From contig CP166621.1 of the NCBI GenBank assembly GCA_041937185.1, forward strand, positions 2,068,571 to 2,132,570: a stretch of DNA of 64,000 bases, in the 5' to 3' direction. The DNA is from Leptolyngbya sp. BL-A-14 (GTDB lineage: Bacteria > Cyanobacteriota > Cyanobacteriia > Leptolyngbyales > Leptolyngbyaceae). Shown piece after piece: positions 1 to 10,533 of this stretch; position 1 is the stretch's first letter, and each line of letters starts with the position of its first letter. The notes beneath the pieces were generated by a model. It did not search any database. It was not told the origin of the DNA and worked only from the letters and a program-made list of their open reading frames with translations. Both the position numbers and the translations under genes were made by a program.

Positions 1-18
1 CACTACAATCCGAGCCCT

Positions 19-558
19 ATGCCAGATGTGCCGCACTTTCAGGAAGCAGGACGCATCAATCCTGTTAGTTCTGACGATCGCATGCCCGAAGCCGTTTACA
101 GTACAGCGCTGGATTTCCTCGTTTTTGCCTGTGTCGATCTCGTATTCACCCATCAACACCAAATTCTGCTGGCAAAGCGCAATACCGAACCGCGATCGTC
201 CTGGTGGATTGTAGGCGGCAGAATGGCAGCGGGTGAAGCACCAACTACCACCGCGATTAGAAAAGCTCGCCAAGAAGCTCAGTTGACCAATCTAGACACT
301 GACCGCTTTCGCTGTATTGGGGTCTATTCCACCTGTTTTGCCACTCGCCGCCAAGCCCCTAAACATCACGGTTCCCACAGCCTGAATGTGACGTATCAGA
401 TTGAATTAACGGCGCAAGAAAAAGAACGCGTGAACTTGCGATCGGACGAGTACGACACCTGGCAGTGGCTTGACTTAGCTAACGTCAACAGTCTGCTTCA
501 GTCCGATGACGCGATCGATCAGGCACTTTTAAGAGTCATTTCTGATTTGCGAAAGTAA
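19..558 (+). CDS. NUDIX-family hydrolase (degenerate Nudix box GGRMAAGEAPTTTAIRKARQEAQL)
   Basis: 179-aa ORF with a Nudix-box-like motif. The true start may be an internal Met. Confidence 0.55.
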   Translation: MPDVPHFQEAGRINPVSSDDRMPEAVYSTALDFLVFACVDLVFTHQHQILLAKRNTEPRSSWWIVGGRMAAGEAPTTTAIRKARQEAQLTNLDTDRFRCIGVYSTCFATRRQAPKHHGSHSLNVTYQIELTAQEKERVNLRSDEYDTWQWLDLANVNSLLQSDDAIDQALLRVISDLRK

Positions 559-560
559 TG

Positions 561-650
561 GCTCAGAAGCGAGACAAAAAGGATGAGGGATGAAGGCTAG
601 ATGAAGGATGAAGGCAGGAGGCAGAGGGCAGAAGGTTTTTTGGTTGTTAG
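561..650. repeat. Purine-rich heptamer-type spacer repeat (GGATGAA/GGATGAGG units)
   Basis: gaggatgagggatgaaggctagatgaaggatgaaggcaggaggcagagggcagaagg read directly. Same family as the repeats at 6281, 35281, 44870, 45641, 49165, 50101 and 52310. Confidence 0.7.
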
Positions 651-780
651 TTGTATAGCCCTAAAGCCTTTCAGGCATACAAGAAAGGGCATTCAAGAAA
701 AGTGGTTAGAAGGAGCGCAAAGGCAGTGCTTGTCCCAGCTAAACACTAAACACTAAAAACCAACCCCTAAAAACTGACTT

Positions 781-828
781 AACTCAAAACTCCTAACTCA
801 AAACTCCTAACTCAAAACTCCTAACTCT
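781..828. repeat. Tandem 14-mer AACTCAAAACTCCT x3.4
   Basis: Direct tandem copies read in the sequence. A second locus with the same unit lies at 36846-36880. Confidence 0.85.
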
Positions 829-839
829 CCCCCCACCCC

Positions 840-1502
840 TTACTCATCCAAATACGGCTGTAGTTGCAGTTGTAAACGCTGACGGGCACGAGCAATGCGC
901 GATTTCACAGTGCCTAGAGAAGCGCCCGTCAACTCGGCAATTTCTTCGTAGCTCATGCCTTCGATTTCGCGAAGGACGATCGTCGTGCGAAAGACCTCAG
1001 GTAAGTCGGCGATCGCAACTTTGAGCTGGTCGTAAAACTCCTGGCGGCTCAACGCTTCAGCGGGCTCAGGCGTATCGGCGGCAATTTCCCAATCCATTTC
1101 ACCATCGCTGAACGTAAGAGGCGCATCCAGGGACAACGGCGAGGCATGACGCTTACGTTTCCGCAGTTCGTCGTAGAACAGATTCGTCGCAATGCGGCTC
1201 AACCAACCCTGGAACTTTGCTGGTTCATTGAGCCTTCTCAAATTGCGGTACACCCGAATCCAGACTTCCTGCACCAAATCGGCCCGATCTTGCCAATCGG
1301 GTGCGAGATGATAAAGAACTTTTTCTACATGCGGCTGATACCGTCTTAACAACTCAGCAAACGCTGCTTTATCGGGACGATGACCTGCCTGACAGCGCAG
1401 AACAAGATCAAGGTTTGGTAGGTCTTTTACTGACACCGACACCTGTGTGAGCATTGTCGTAACTGTTGACCAGGATACAGGCAGAGATGAATCCATTAAC
1501 AA
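840..1502 (-). CDS. ECF-type RNA polymerase sigma factor (sigma-70 regions 2 and 4)
   Basis: Region 2 (YHLAPDWQDRADLVQEVWIRVYRNL) and region 4 (LREIEGMSYEEIAELTGASLGTVKSRIARAR) motifs. Confidence 0.85.
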   Translation of the reverse strand: MLMDSSLPVSWSTVTTMLTQVSVSVKDLPNLDLVLRCQAGHRPDKAAFAELLRRYQPHVEKVLYHLAPDWQDRADLVQEVWIRVYRNLRRLNEPAKFQGWLSRIATNLFYDELRKRKRHASPLSLDAPLTFSDGEMDWEIAADTPEPAEALSRQEFYDQLKVAIADLPEVFRTTIVLREIEGMSYEEIAELTGASLGTVKSRIARARQRLQLQLQPYLDE

Positions 1503-1951
1503 ACCTCACCCAAAGACTCTGTCATCTTGCTGCTTGCCGCCAGAGATTGTTTAAAGCTCCGGGGCGCGCATTACTTTCAGGTTAGAAGTTACAGGGTTGA
1601 TCGCCCGCTGCTGAAGTGCCACTTGTCTAACTGTCAATTTTTGTTGCCGTCTGCGGTGCAGTCACCGTACTTGAAGATTGGATTATTGGAGACGATCGCG
1701 GTCAAACTGAAGGTTGTTATACATAAAAGAGGAGGTTGCTGCTTGAACCGCTTGTAAGACGGTAGGAGCGATCATCTACTCGATCAACCATCGATATTTT
1801 CGTCCGTTCAAAGAAACCTTGAGAAAGTTGACTAGAAGTTCAGCCTCTACAACCCAATCCGTATAAGATTTCTAGAGTTCCATATAGTTATCTCGGCTCT
1901 TCTACCACAGTCCTTTTCTCTATTGCTATTTAGCGCAAGCGAGTCGCCAGC

Positions 1952-2788
1952 ATGTTCAACGCTACCGAACTTCTTATTGAAGACTTTGTGAACAAACTCA
2001 AGGAAGGCTACCGTCGCACCTATGGAGGCTGGAAGTCTGACTATGAGGACATCATCGGTTGGGTTGGCTCTATGGCAATGGAGAATATTGCGAACAGCGA
2101 TGCGCTTTACCACAACGTTGAGCATTCGATTCTCGTGACGCTGGTCGGTCAGGAGATTTTGCGCGGTCGGCATATTCGCATGGGTGGCGTTTCCTGTGAA
2201 GACTGGCTGCACTTCATTATTTCGCTAGTCTGCCATGACATTGGCTACGTCAAAGGCGTTTGCCGCCAAGATCGGGACGGTATGTACGCAACGGGCAAAG
2301 ACGGCAGCATGGTGAACCTACCACCGGGCTCATCTGATGCAGGGTTGACGCCATACCATGTCGATCGCGCCAAATTATTCATTGACGAACGCTTCGGGGG
2401 GCATAAGCTCATTGACGCCGAAATCGTCAAACGCAACATCGAGCTTACCCGCTTCCCCGTCCCTGCGGCTGAAGATCACCAAGACACTATTAACTATCCT
2501 GGCTTGATTCGTGCGTCGGATCTCATTGGGCAACTGAGCGATCCGCGTTACCTTAAAAAAATTGGCGCACTGTTCTACGAATTTGAAGAAACTGGTGTGA
2601 ATAAAGCGCTTGGCTACCGACATCCAGGCGATCTCCGCAAAAACTACCCCAAGTTCTACTGGCATGGCGTTTTCCCGTACATCAAAGACGCGCTTTACTA
2701 TTTATCGCTCACGCAACAGGGCAAGCAAATTGTGGCAAATCTCTACTCCAATGTCTTTGTCGTAGAGCATGAAAAGCCAGAGGACTAA
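1952..2788 (+). CDS. HD-domain metal-dependent phosphohydrolase (paralog A)
   Basis: H..HD motif (VEHSILV...CHDIGY). About 75% identical to the ORF at 5440-6285. Confidence 0.75.
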   Translation: MFNATELLIEDFVNKLKEGYRRTYGGWKSDYEDIIGWVGSMAMENIANSDALYHNVEHSILVTLVGQEILRGRHIRMGGVSCEDWLHFIISLVCHDIGYVKGVCRQDRDGMYATGKDGSMVNLPPGSSDAGLTPYHVDRAKLFIDERFGGHKLIDAEIVKRNIELTRFPVPAAEDHQDTINYPGLIRASDLIGQLSDPRYLKKIGALFYEFEETGVNKALGYRHPGDLRKNYPKFYWHGVFPYIKDALYYLSLTQQGKQIVANLYSNVFVVEHEKPED

Positions 2789-2877
2789 CTCTAAGGTTAC
2801 AAGTTAGATGCATCATGACCTGACCTGGGAACCCTAACACTATTGAGACAGTAGAGTGAGACAGTAGAGGGTTAACC

Positions 2878-3204
2878 ATGGCAACGATGCAAACGTTTTA
2901 TCCCACCAGGATTCTCAGTGCCTCAACGGCAGGCGATCTCCTAGAGGGTATAGCTCGCAACCTTGAGGCTGGCACCATCAATATCTTGATTGACTTTCAG
3001 CAGGTCATGTTTATGGACAGTACGGGCTTGTCAGCTTTGGTTGTGGCGTTGAAGCAAGTGCGTGCGGCCAACGGACGTTTGGCGCTCTGTGGGCTGAACG
3101 GTCAAGCCTCTATGGTTTTAGAACATAGCGGTATGAATAAAGTGTTTGAGCTTTACGAAACGCCAGAGGACTTTGCCCGATCGCTAGGGGCTGTCATCAA
3201 TTAA
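2878..3204 (+). CDS. STAS-domain anti-sigma-factor antagonist (SpoIIAA-like)
   Basis: 108 aa with the typical DSTGLSALV phosphorylatable-Ser region. Confidence 0.85.
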   Translation: MATMQTFYPTRILSASTAGDLLEGIARNLEAGTINILIDFQQVMFMDSTGLSALVVALKQVRAANGRLALCGLNGQASMVLEHSGMNKVFELYETPEDFARSLGAVIN

Positions 3205-3360
3205 GACTACACCTACTGGCAGCGAGGGTTACAGTCCCCTAGCCTTGTGTATTGAGCCGGGCGCGACACTGCTGCTGCCAAAGGGTTCGGAGCTAAGTTG
3301 AGGACGCGCCCTGGCCAACAGCGCAAACCAATCGCTGGCAAAGTAGCTGATAATGGCAGT

Positions 3361-3609
3361 ATGCCACGCAAACAAAAATACCCGCATCTCGTGCAGTCCA
3401 AATGGACAGCTCAGCAAAAAATTGACGGATGGCGGCATTTTCAAGTCACGAATCGTAAAAATCAGGGGCAATGGGTCTTTGCCGAAATGGTCGCTGCCTG
3501 CGATCCAACTGTTCGCTTTTGGATTAATGCCCGCTTGCTGAAAGATCGATCGCTCTGGCAGGCGGGTTGGCAGTCACTACAAGAAGCTGAAACAACCCGT
3601 GTGCCATAG
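3361..3609 (+). CDS. Small Trp-rich conserved hypothetical protein
   Basis: ORF from the internal ATG at 3361 (MPRKQKYPHL...). Several Trp residues. Resembles a cyanobacterial Trp-rich small protein family. Confidence 0.4.
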   Translation: MPRKQKYPHLVQSKWTAQQKIDGWRHFQVTNRKNQGQWVFAEMVAACDPTVRFWINARLLKDRSLWQAGWQSLQEAETTRVP

Positions 3610-3738
3610 GACGATCGGGTCGCTTTAGCTAACTGGAGCAGATCTGTCCCAAGGGTGGTTGCACAAGCGCAAATACCAGTGTATTCCAGTCAGTAACCTC
3701 GGTTTCCGAGGCAACATTAGCAACTTAAAGAGGTTTTT

Positions 3739-4188
3739 ATGTTGAAATGGCTAGGAACAACGATGGTTGTTGGCGCTGCGGTGTGCTTAGGGGTATCAGC
3801 AAACGCTCAGTCCTGTCGCCTGTTGAGAGTGGTTGAAGGAAACGGTGCTTACTCGGTTCAGAAAAAAGTTTCGGCTGCCAGCACCCCCGTCAGCCCAAGC
3901 AACTGGAATACAGATTTTGTGGTACCGAGCGGACAGCGCTATCGTTACTATGCCGCGACCGTCCGGGCTAAAAATAAGGGCAATTACAACATTCAGATGA
4001 ACCTGAAGTACGCCAACAAAACATCTGATAAGGTTTTCGATAAAAAGGTTTCGCTCAAAGATAATGAAGCAATCAATATCTCAGGTTCACCCCGCTTAAA
4101 TGCAGAGCCGTATCAGATCAACGTCGTTGTTGGCGGGATTCCGGTAACGGGTAACGCTTATACAGTGGCCGTTTCAGCCTGCCCCTAA
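3739..4188 (+). CDS. Secreted hypothetical protein (N-terminal signal peptide)
   Basis: MLKWLGTTMVVGAAVCLGVSANA signal-like N-terminus. AAAGAGG-like RBS upstream. Confidence 0.5.
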   Translation: MLKWLGTTMVVGAAVCLGVSANAQSCRLLRVVEGNGAYSVQKKVSAASTPVSPSNWNTDFVVPSGQRYRYYAATVRAKNKGNYNIQMNLKYANKTSDKVFDKKVSLKDNEAINISGSPRLNAEPYQINVVVGGIPVTGNAYTVAVSACP

Positions 4189-4419
4189 AACGAAAACGGG
4201 TTTCAGGGTATTGGATGTAGGGGTTCATATGCATCCGCGCTGCTAACCCACATCTTCAGATAGATGCCGATCGCTCAGGTTTGAGGTGATCTACGGTTAG
4301 AGAACCGCAACACTGCGTAAACTCCGCGTCTCTGCGCCTCTGCGGTTATGCTTTTAGCCGTTCCAGCAGTGCGCTTGTAGGGTGTTCTCTCAACCGTAGC
4401 TCACTCAGAGAAGGCATTT

Positions 4420-5292
4420 ATGGAAACCAAACAGCTAGGTAAAACAGGCATCACAGTGAGCGCGATCGGCTTGGGTGGTATGCCAATGTCGTTAAGCAGC
4501 CGTCCGCCAGAGGCACAGGCGATCGCTACAATTCACCGTGCTTTGGACTTAGGAGTCACGCTAATCGATACTGCCGACTCCTACTGCAAAGATGAGTCTG
4601 ACAAGCACCATAATGAGCGCTTAATTCACAAAGCACTTCAGGAGTACGACAAAGACACAACTAACGTCATGATTGCCACAAAGGGCGGCTTGATGCGTCC
4701 TGACGGTTCATGGACACGTAACGGTGATCCTGAGCACCTGCGAGAAACGATCCATACCAGCTTTGAGGCTCTAGGTGGTGATCAACCGATCGGGCTTTGG
4801 CAGTATCACGCCCCCGATCCCAACTACTCCATTGAAGCGTCACTCAAACCAGCGAGAGAAGCCGTTGTCAATGGGCTAATTCGCTTTGTGGGCGTCTCTA
4901 ACTTTTCAGTAGAGCAAATTAAGCGTGCTCGTGATGTGGTCGATATCGCGTCTGTGCAGAACCAATACAATCCCTGGCACCGTGGTCCCGAAACAGATGG
5001 AGTACTGGAATATTGCGATCGCGAAGGGTTAACGTTCTTCCCGTGGAGTCCCTTAGGTGGCAGTCGGCGGTTTAGCCAGATCAATGAGATCGAGGCGATC
5101 GGGCAACTGGCTCGATCAAAGGGCGTTTCAGTTTATGCCATCGTACTGGCGTGGCTGCGGGCAAAATCGGCCCAAGTGATACCGATTCCCGGAGCCAGCA
5201 AACCAGAAAGTATCGAAGATTCGGTTACAGCCGCATCGATCAATCTTTCACAAGCAGAGGTAGAACAGATCGACAAAGCAACGGCTGATTGA
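4420..5292 (+). CDS. Aldo/keto reductase family oxidoreductase
   Basis: 290 aa with the family-typical GLGGMPMS...LIDTADSY N-terminus. Confidence 0.85.
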   Translation: METKQLGKTGITVSAIGLGGMPMSLSSRPPEAQAIATIHRALDLGVTLIDTADSYCKDESDKHHNERLIHKALQEYDKDTTNVMIATKGGLMRPDGSWTRNGDPEHLRETIHTSFEALGGDQPIGLWQYHAPDPNYSIEASLKPAREAVVNGLIRFVGVSNFSVEQIKRARDVVDIASVQNQYNPWHRGPETDGVLEYCDREGLTFFPWSPLGGSRRFSQINEIEAIGQLARSKGVSVYAIVLAWLRAKSAQVIPIPGASKPESIEDSVTAASINLSQAEVEQIDKATAD

Positions 5293-5439
5293 AGCCAGTA
5301 GGGCAACGGACGATCGCGATCACTACTTCTCTACCGCACGATCACGCGTGTCCTATTTCACTATCACCTCATCAAATGGGCGATCGGGGCATAGTAGAAA
5401 CATGAAACGCTGATCCAACGTCCGTGTTAAGCGGGCAGG

Positions 5440-6285
5440 ATGGAGGATTTAACGATGTTCAACGCGACCGAGATCCTGACGGGTGCCTTTGTGCAGCAAC
5501 TTAAGGCAGGCTACCGACGTACCTACGGTAACCTCAAAGCCGACTATGCCGATATCATCGCCTGGGCTGGCGGTATGGCGCTAGAAAATATCGCCAACAG
5601 CGATGCGCTCTACCACGACATTGAACACACGATTCTGGTTACGCTAGTTGGGCAAGAAATTTTGCGTGGCAAGCATATTCGTGAAGGGGGTGTCGCTCCC
5701 GAAGACTGGCTGCATTGCGTCATTTCGCTGGTGTGTCATGACATTGGCTACGTTCGGGGCGTATGCCGGGACGATCGTGCTAACCTCTGCGCCACCGGAA
5801 TTGCCGACACCATGATTGAGCTACCGCCGGGTGCCACCGATGCCAGCCTCACGCCGTACCATGTCGATCGGGGCAAGCTGTTCATTGACGAACGCTTTGG
5901 TGGACACCGCTTACTCGATACCGAACTTATCAAGCGCAATATTGAACTCACTCGTTTTCCGGTGCCTGCTGCCGAAGACCATCAGGATACAAGCCACTAC
6001 CCAGGACTGGTGCGGGCGGCAGATCTCATCGGGCAACTCAGCGATCCACGCTACCTGAAGAAAATTGCTGCACTCTTTTACGAATTTGAAGAAACCGGAG
6101 TGAACAAAGCGCTTGGCTACAAAACGCCTGGAGATCTCCGCCAAAGCTACTCGCAGTTCTACTGGAAAGGGGTGTACCCCTACATTCAAGATGCGCTACG
6201 CTACCTGTCTGTGACCCAACAAGGGCAGCAGATTACAGCGTCCCTGTACTCCAATGTCTTCGTTGTAGAGCATGGAGGGGGATAG
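5440..6285 (+). CDS. HD-domain metal-dependent phosphohydrolase (paralog B)
   Basis: About 75% identical to 1952-2788 across the full length. Confidence 0.75.
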   Translation: MEDLTMFNATEILTGAFVQQLKAGYRRTYGNLKADYADIIAWAGGMALENIANSDALYHDIEHTILVTLVGQEILRGKHIREGGVAPEDWLHCVISLVCHDIGYVRGVCRDDRANLCATGIADTMIELPPGATDASLTPYHVDRGKLFIDERFGGHRLLDTELIKRNIELTRFPVPAAEDHQDTSHYPGLVRAADLIGQLSDPRYLKKIAALFYEFEETGVNKALGYKTPGDLRQSYSQFYWKGVYPYIQDALRYLSVTQQGQQITASLYSNVFVVEHGGG

Positions 6286-6327
6286 GAAGGCTAAAGGATG
6301 AAGGCTAAAGGCTAAAGGGGCAATGGG

Positions 6328-7347
6328 ATGGGACGATCGGTTCTACGCGTGCTTTTGGCGATCGTGCTAATCGTCGTAACTAGCTGTCATTTATCGTCCT
6401 CTCAGCCACCTCCTGTCTCTTCCCCCTATACCCCAAACCCTACACTCCAAACCCTTCCCCAACCTATTCCCACCAAACAGCCAGTCCCTCAAATAGACCC
6501 GGATCGCCTTTTCCAACATGTTGAAGCATTAAACTTTGAGCGGTATCAGGCAAGCGATCGCGATCGTGCCCGTCGTTATCTGGTCAGAACGCTCGTTAAA
6601 TTTGGTTGGAAACCGCAGCTACGAGCGTTTGAGGGTGGCGTGAATGTCTTCGCTCAGCGTTCCGGTACAAATGCCAGTGCAGGAGCAATTTTGGTCGATG
6701 CTCACTACGACACGGTAAAAGGGTCGCCCGGTGCGGATGACAATGGCAGCTCGATCGCGGCGACGCTTGAAATTGCTCGTTTACTGGGTTCTCGTTCAAC
6801 GCAACGCCCGTTGTGGATTGCGTTTTTTGATCGGGAAGAGGCGGGTTTAGTCGGCAGTCTCAATTTCACAGCGCGTCCAGAGAATTTGGTGAACCTTGCT
6901 GGTGTGGTCAATTTGGAGATGATGGGCTACGCCTGCTACACGTCTGGCTGTCAGAAATACCCTGAAGGCTTGCCTGTAAAACCACTGAGTGATCGGGGCG
7001 ATTTTCTAGGAGTCATCGGTGATCAGGAGCACTTGCCGCTGCTGAATGCGTTTCAGGTGCCTGCATCGACCCCATCCGCCTTGAACCTGCCAGCCATCAT
7101 CACAGTGTCCATTCCCTTTAAAGGTTTACTGACTCCAGACGTGTTAAGGAGCGACCATGCGCCGTTTTGGGCAAAGAACATTGGGGCCGTGATGGTGGGC
7201 GACACAGCCAACTTCCGCAACCCCCACTATCATCAGCCAAGCGATACGCCAGAAACCCTCGATCGCGCCTTCCTTGCTGGAGCCACTCAACGAGTCGTAA
7301 ATGCCATCAGTACCTTGTTAGATAGTCAAGAGGCATTGAGTAACTAA
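6328..7347 (+). CDS. M28-family Zn peptidase with Pro-rich N-terminal linker
   Basis: HYDTV...GADDNGS...EEAGLVGS motifs. Signal peptide then a Pro-rich stretch. Confidence 0.8.
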   Translation: MGRSVLRVLLAIVLIVVTSCHLSSSQPPPVSSPYTPNPTLQTLPQPIPTKQPVPQIDPDRLFQHVEALNFERYQASDRDRARRYLVRTLVKFGWKPQLRAFEGGVNVFAQRSGTNASAGAILVDAHYDTVKGSPGADDNGSSIAATLEIARLLGSRSTQRPLWIAFFDREEAGLVGSLNFTARPENLVNLAGVVNLEMMGYACYTSGCQKYPEGLPVKPLSDRGDFLGVIGDQEHLPLLNAFQVPASTPSALNLPAIITVSIPFKGLLTPDVLRSDHAPFWAKNIGAVMVGDTANFRNPHYHQPSDTPETLDRAFLAGATQRVVNAISTLLDSQEALSN

Positions 7348-7492
7348 GCAATTATCCACCAGCTTTCAGCCATCAGCGAACCCATGTGAGGGATAGCCTG
7401 TGTTCAATACGTTCCACAATCAACAGCGGAGTCGGTACTGACCGCTACTGCTGACGCCGATCGCCGATCGCTCTGATTGACCAAGATCACGT

Positions 7493-7777
7493 GTGATCAC
7501 CAAAATTGTCACACTGCATCGCTCTACTCAATCACCAGGCAGACTGGGAGGCAGCCGCATACTAATCAGTATCGAGTTCCTCCAAAAGTCCATGGAAGCC
7601 CAAATGTTGCCCCCCTCGCTTCAAGACGTTGTTGACCGCATCCTGACCTCTCGCCGTATTACTCGTGTCGATCAGCGCTTGCTAATCTCGCTAGCAAATT
7701 TAAGCCGTGACGAGCAGGCATTACTCAATGAAGTATTCGATCGCCTGCGTCGTGGTCTTTTACGAGTGGTTGATTAA
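7493..7777 (+). CDS. Hypothetical small protein (possible start at 7592)
   Basis: ORF only. No recognisable motif. Confidence 0.25.
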   Translation: MITKIVTLHRSTQSPGRLGGSRILISIEFLQKSMEAQMLPPSLQDVVDRILTSRRITRVDQRLLISLANLSRDEQALLNEVFDRLRRGLLRVVD

Positions 7778-7779
7778 GC

Positions 7780-9561
7780 TCAATACCCATACGCCGCTCC
7801 TTCTCCACGCGGATCAGCCGCTCCTTCTAACGTGCCATCGGACGATCGCGTAATCGCATCCGCATTCCCCCAGCTACTACGCTCTTCAATCTGGTTCCCG
7901 CGACGACGCAAATCATCCAGTGTGAGACGATCGAAACCCTGCCGTTCTACCATCAGCTTATCGGGAAGCCACTGCTGATGCAGTCGGGGAGCCACGACCG
8001 CTTGCCTCGCGTTCATGTCGTAGACCAGCACATTCAACACGACTTGCAGCACGGTTGTAATGATGGTGCTACCGCCAGGAGAGCCTGCCACGAGGCGCAA
8101 TTGTCCCTTTTCCGTCACGATCGTCGGCGTCATGCTGGAGAGCGGCGTTTTACCAGGCGCGATCGCATTTGCATCGCCACCCACCAGTCCAAAGGCATTG
8201 GGCACACCAGGCGCGATCGCGAAGTCGTCCATTTCGTTGTTGAGAATAATCCCGGTTGCCGGCACCACGACGCCAGAGCCAAAGCCAAGATTGACCGTAA
8301 ACGTAAGGCTCACAGCATTGCCTGCACTATCCACCACGCTGAGATGGCTGGTATCGTGAGACTCTTTGCCGAACCGCTTTAGCGTTTCTGGATCAGCCGC
8401 TCGTACCTGGCTAGCCGATCGTGCCTTCTGTGGATCAATCTCCTGACGGCGCTGCTTTGCATAGGCAGGGCTGATCAACGCCGCAACGGGCACTTTCACA
8501 AAATCGGGATCGCCTAAATAAACGGCGCGATCGGCATAGGCAATCCGCATCGCTTCTACTATCAGATGGAGTGCGTCCGGGCTATGCCAGCCCATCGCCT
8601 TGAGATCCGTATCACCCAGAATATTTAGGATTTCTAGCAGATGCACGCCACCGGATGATGGGGGCGGCATCGAACAAATGCGCGTTGCCCGAAAGTTGCC
8701 GCACACCGGATCGCGCCAGATGGGATGATAGCGTTTCAAATCTGCCAGCGTAATTAACCCTTTGTTGGCAGACATATCTTGAGCGATCGTCTCTGCCAGT
8801 TTGCCTGTGTAGAAGCTCTGAGGCTCGTTGGCAATGGTGGTCAGAGTCTTCGCCAAATCTGTTTGCACCAACTGATCGCCTGGCTGTAAAGGCGTGCCAT
8901 TGCGGGTAAAGATTTTACGGGCAGCCGGGTTTTGTTGAAGCGTTTTTTGTTGAGCGATCGCGTCTGCCAACCGCCAGCTTACCGGAAAGCCTTTCGCCGC
9001 CAGTTGGATTGCTGGAGCCACCACGTCTTTCCAGGCCAGCTTGCCATAGCGATGCTGTACCTCATAAAGCCCTGCCACCGTTCCTGGTACGCCTACCGCT
9101 AAATAGCCATCCGTACTGGCATTGGGGCGCACTTTGCCCTGGGCATCCAGATACATCTTTGGGGTTGCGGCTAGCGGTGCCCGTTCACGGAAATCGAGTG
9201 CCTTGACTTCACCCGTTTTGCCCAACCGCACCAGCAAGAACCCGCCTCCGCCAAGACCTGCTGACGCGGGCTCTACCACCGAAATGGCGAGCGTGGTTGC
9301 TACTGCTGCATCGATCGCGTTGCCACCCTGTTTCAGCATCGATAGACCTGCTTCACTTGCTAAGGGATGGGCTGAGGCAACCATGCCCCGTTTTGCACGA
9401 TCGGGATAGGGAAAAGCGCGATCAAGCGCTGTGCGATCCGAAATCGCACGATCGACCACTACCCGCTCCGGAACTGCCCTTACACTCTGACTACTAACCA
9501 GCAGCACCATAAGGCACAGCAGTGGGCGTGTCAGTTGCTTCCGCGCAAATCGTTGGTTCAT
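7780..9561 (-). CDS. ggt: Gamma-glutamyltranspeptidase
   Basis: 593 aa. Signal peptide. Autocatalytic Thr region TSHLSVVD and GGGGF motif. Confidence 0.9.
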   Translation of the reverse strand: MNQRFARKQLTRPLLCLMVLLVSSQSVRAVPERVVVDRAISDRTALDRAFPYPDRAKRGMVASAHPLASEAGLSMLKQGGNAIDAAVATTLAISVVEPASAGLGGGGFLLVRLGKTGEVKALDFRERAPLAATPKMYLDAQGKVRPNASTDGYLAVGVPGTVAGLYEVQHRYGKLAWKDVVAPAIQLAAKGFPVSWRLADAIAQQKTLQQNPAARKIFTRNGTPLQPGDQLVQTDLAKTLTTIANEPQSFYTGKLAETIAQDMSANKGLITLADLKRYHPIWRDPVCGNFRATRICSMPPPSSGGVHLLEILNILGDTDLKAMGWHSPDALHLIVEAMRIAYADRAVYLGDPDFVKVPVAALISPAYAKQRRQEIDPQKARSASQVRAADPETLKRFGKESHDTSHLSVVDSAGNAVSLTFTVNLGFGSGVVVPATGIILNNEMDDFAIAPGVPNAFGLVGGDANAIAPGKTPLSSMTPTIVTEKGQLRLVAGSPGGSTIITTVLQVVLNVLVYDMNARQAVVAPRLHQQWLPDKLMVERQGFDRLTLDDLRRRGNQIEERSSWGNADAITRSSDGTLEGAADPRGEGAAYGY

Positions 9562-9619
9562 GTTTCATCCCCAAAGCAGACATTCATCACTTTACCGCCT
9601 CCGTCCAGCCTTACTCCTC

Positions 9620-9658
9620 ACAAAAACAAAAAGACCCCTGACAGACTGTCAGAGGGTC
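9620..9658 (-). terminator. Rho-independent terminator for the lipoprotein gene 9717-10214
   Basis: Hairpin gacccctgacag/ctgtcagagggtc. On the minus strand it is followed by TTTTTGTTTTTG. Confidence 0.5.
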
Positions 9659-9716
9659 ATTTCCGCACACAACCAAGGAGAAAACAATAAAACAACTTCA
9701 GCTAAGCACACCTGGA

Positions 9717-10214
9717 CTAATAACGTGGTGTAGTGGACTCCATTTCAAAGGCAGATGATAGTGCTTCCTGAGGAACCAGCGTTAGCATCATTTCCGGATG
9801 TTCCAGGAAAGGATACTTGCTCAAAAGAGCGACCTCTGTTGGCTCAAGCCTGTAAGCCTGTCGTACTCTATAGAGGATGGCGAGCACAAACAGCCCAATC
9901 ACGGCCCCAAGCCCTGCAACTTCAGCTTCGGTGACATTAAGCCGCTTGGAATCACCCATCAGACCAAAACCATAACGATGCTTGAATTCATCAGAGTGAC
10001 GCAAAGAAAATTCAGAGCCGCCGTTCCCACTCAAACGACTCCTATCATCTGCTCCACTGAGCCTATCTGAATCATTGCGATTTTCTGGGCTGTCAAAGCG
10101 GCCTAAACCACTAAAAGGGCAGGCACTCACCAACATCGATGAACCGAGCAGTAAGGCACCACTAACAATCGCGATCGCCGCAATGTTTGACAAAGGGGGG
10201 CGGAATTGGGGCAT
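9717..10214 (-). CDS. Hypothetical lipoprotein (lipobox LVSAC), start set at 10214
   Basis: The internal Met at 10214 gives a signal peptide plus lipobox and an AAGG RBS. The upstream extension of the longer ORF looks non-coding. Confidence 0.45.
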   Translation of the reverse strand: MPQFRPPLSNIAAIAIVSGALLLGSSMLVSACPFSGLGRFDSPENRNDSDRLSGADDRSRLSGNGGSEFSLRHSDEFKHRYGFGLMGDSKRLNVTEAEVAGLGAVIGLFVLAILYRVRQAYRLEPTEVALLSKYPFLEHPEMMLTLVPQEALSSAFEMESTTPRY

Positions 10215-10533
10215 AACCTTGTTGCAAGTAAAGGTTGTGACGATTATGGGCGAGTCGGTGCCATTAAACAGGCTAATACGATACAAAAGCAGAGAAGACC
10301 TAGAAACGGAGCAAAAAACAGGCTCCATAGCTGGTTGAGCGCCCTTTCTCAAAAAGACATTATTTCTGATGCAAAAAGAGAGAAGTTTTTGTTTGCAAAT
10401 ATACACTTCTATCCCGTACCAGCCCAGACTTAGGTTACGCTATCAAAAGCGTCGATCAAGCGCTGTTTAGAGCGCTGTCAAAAGACAGATCCGATCGCTA
10501 ACCTAGTTCCCTTTAAGCCTAGTGACCTAATCG

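Noticed and set aside
7978-9497. Several 60-134-aa plus-strand ORFs
   Set aside because: All are embedded antisense within ggt. Arg/His-rich composition is typical of GC-rich antisense frames.
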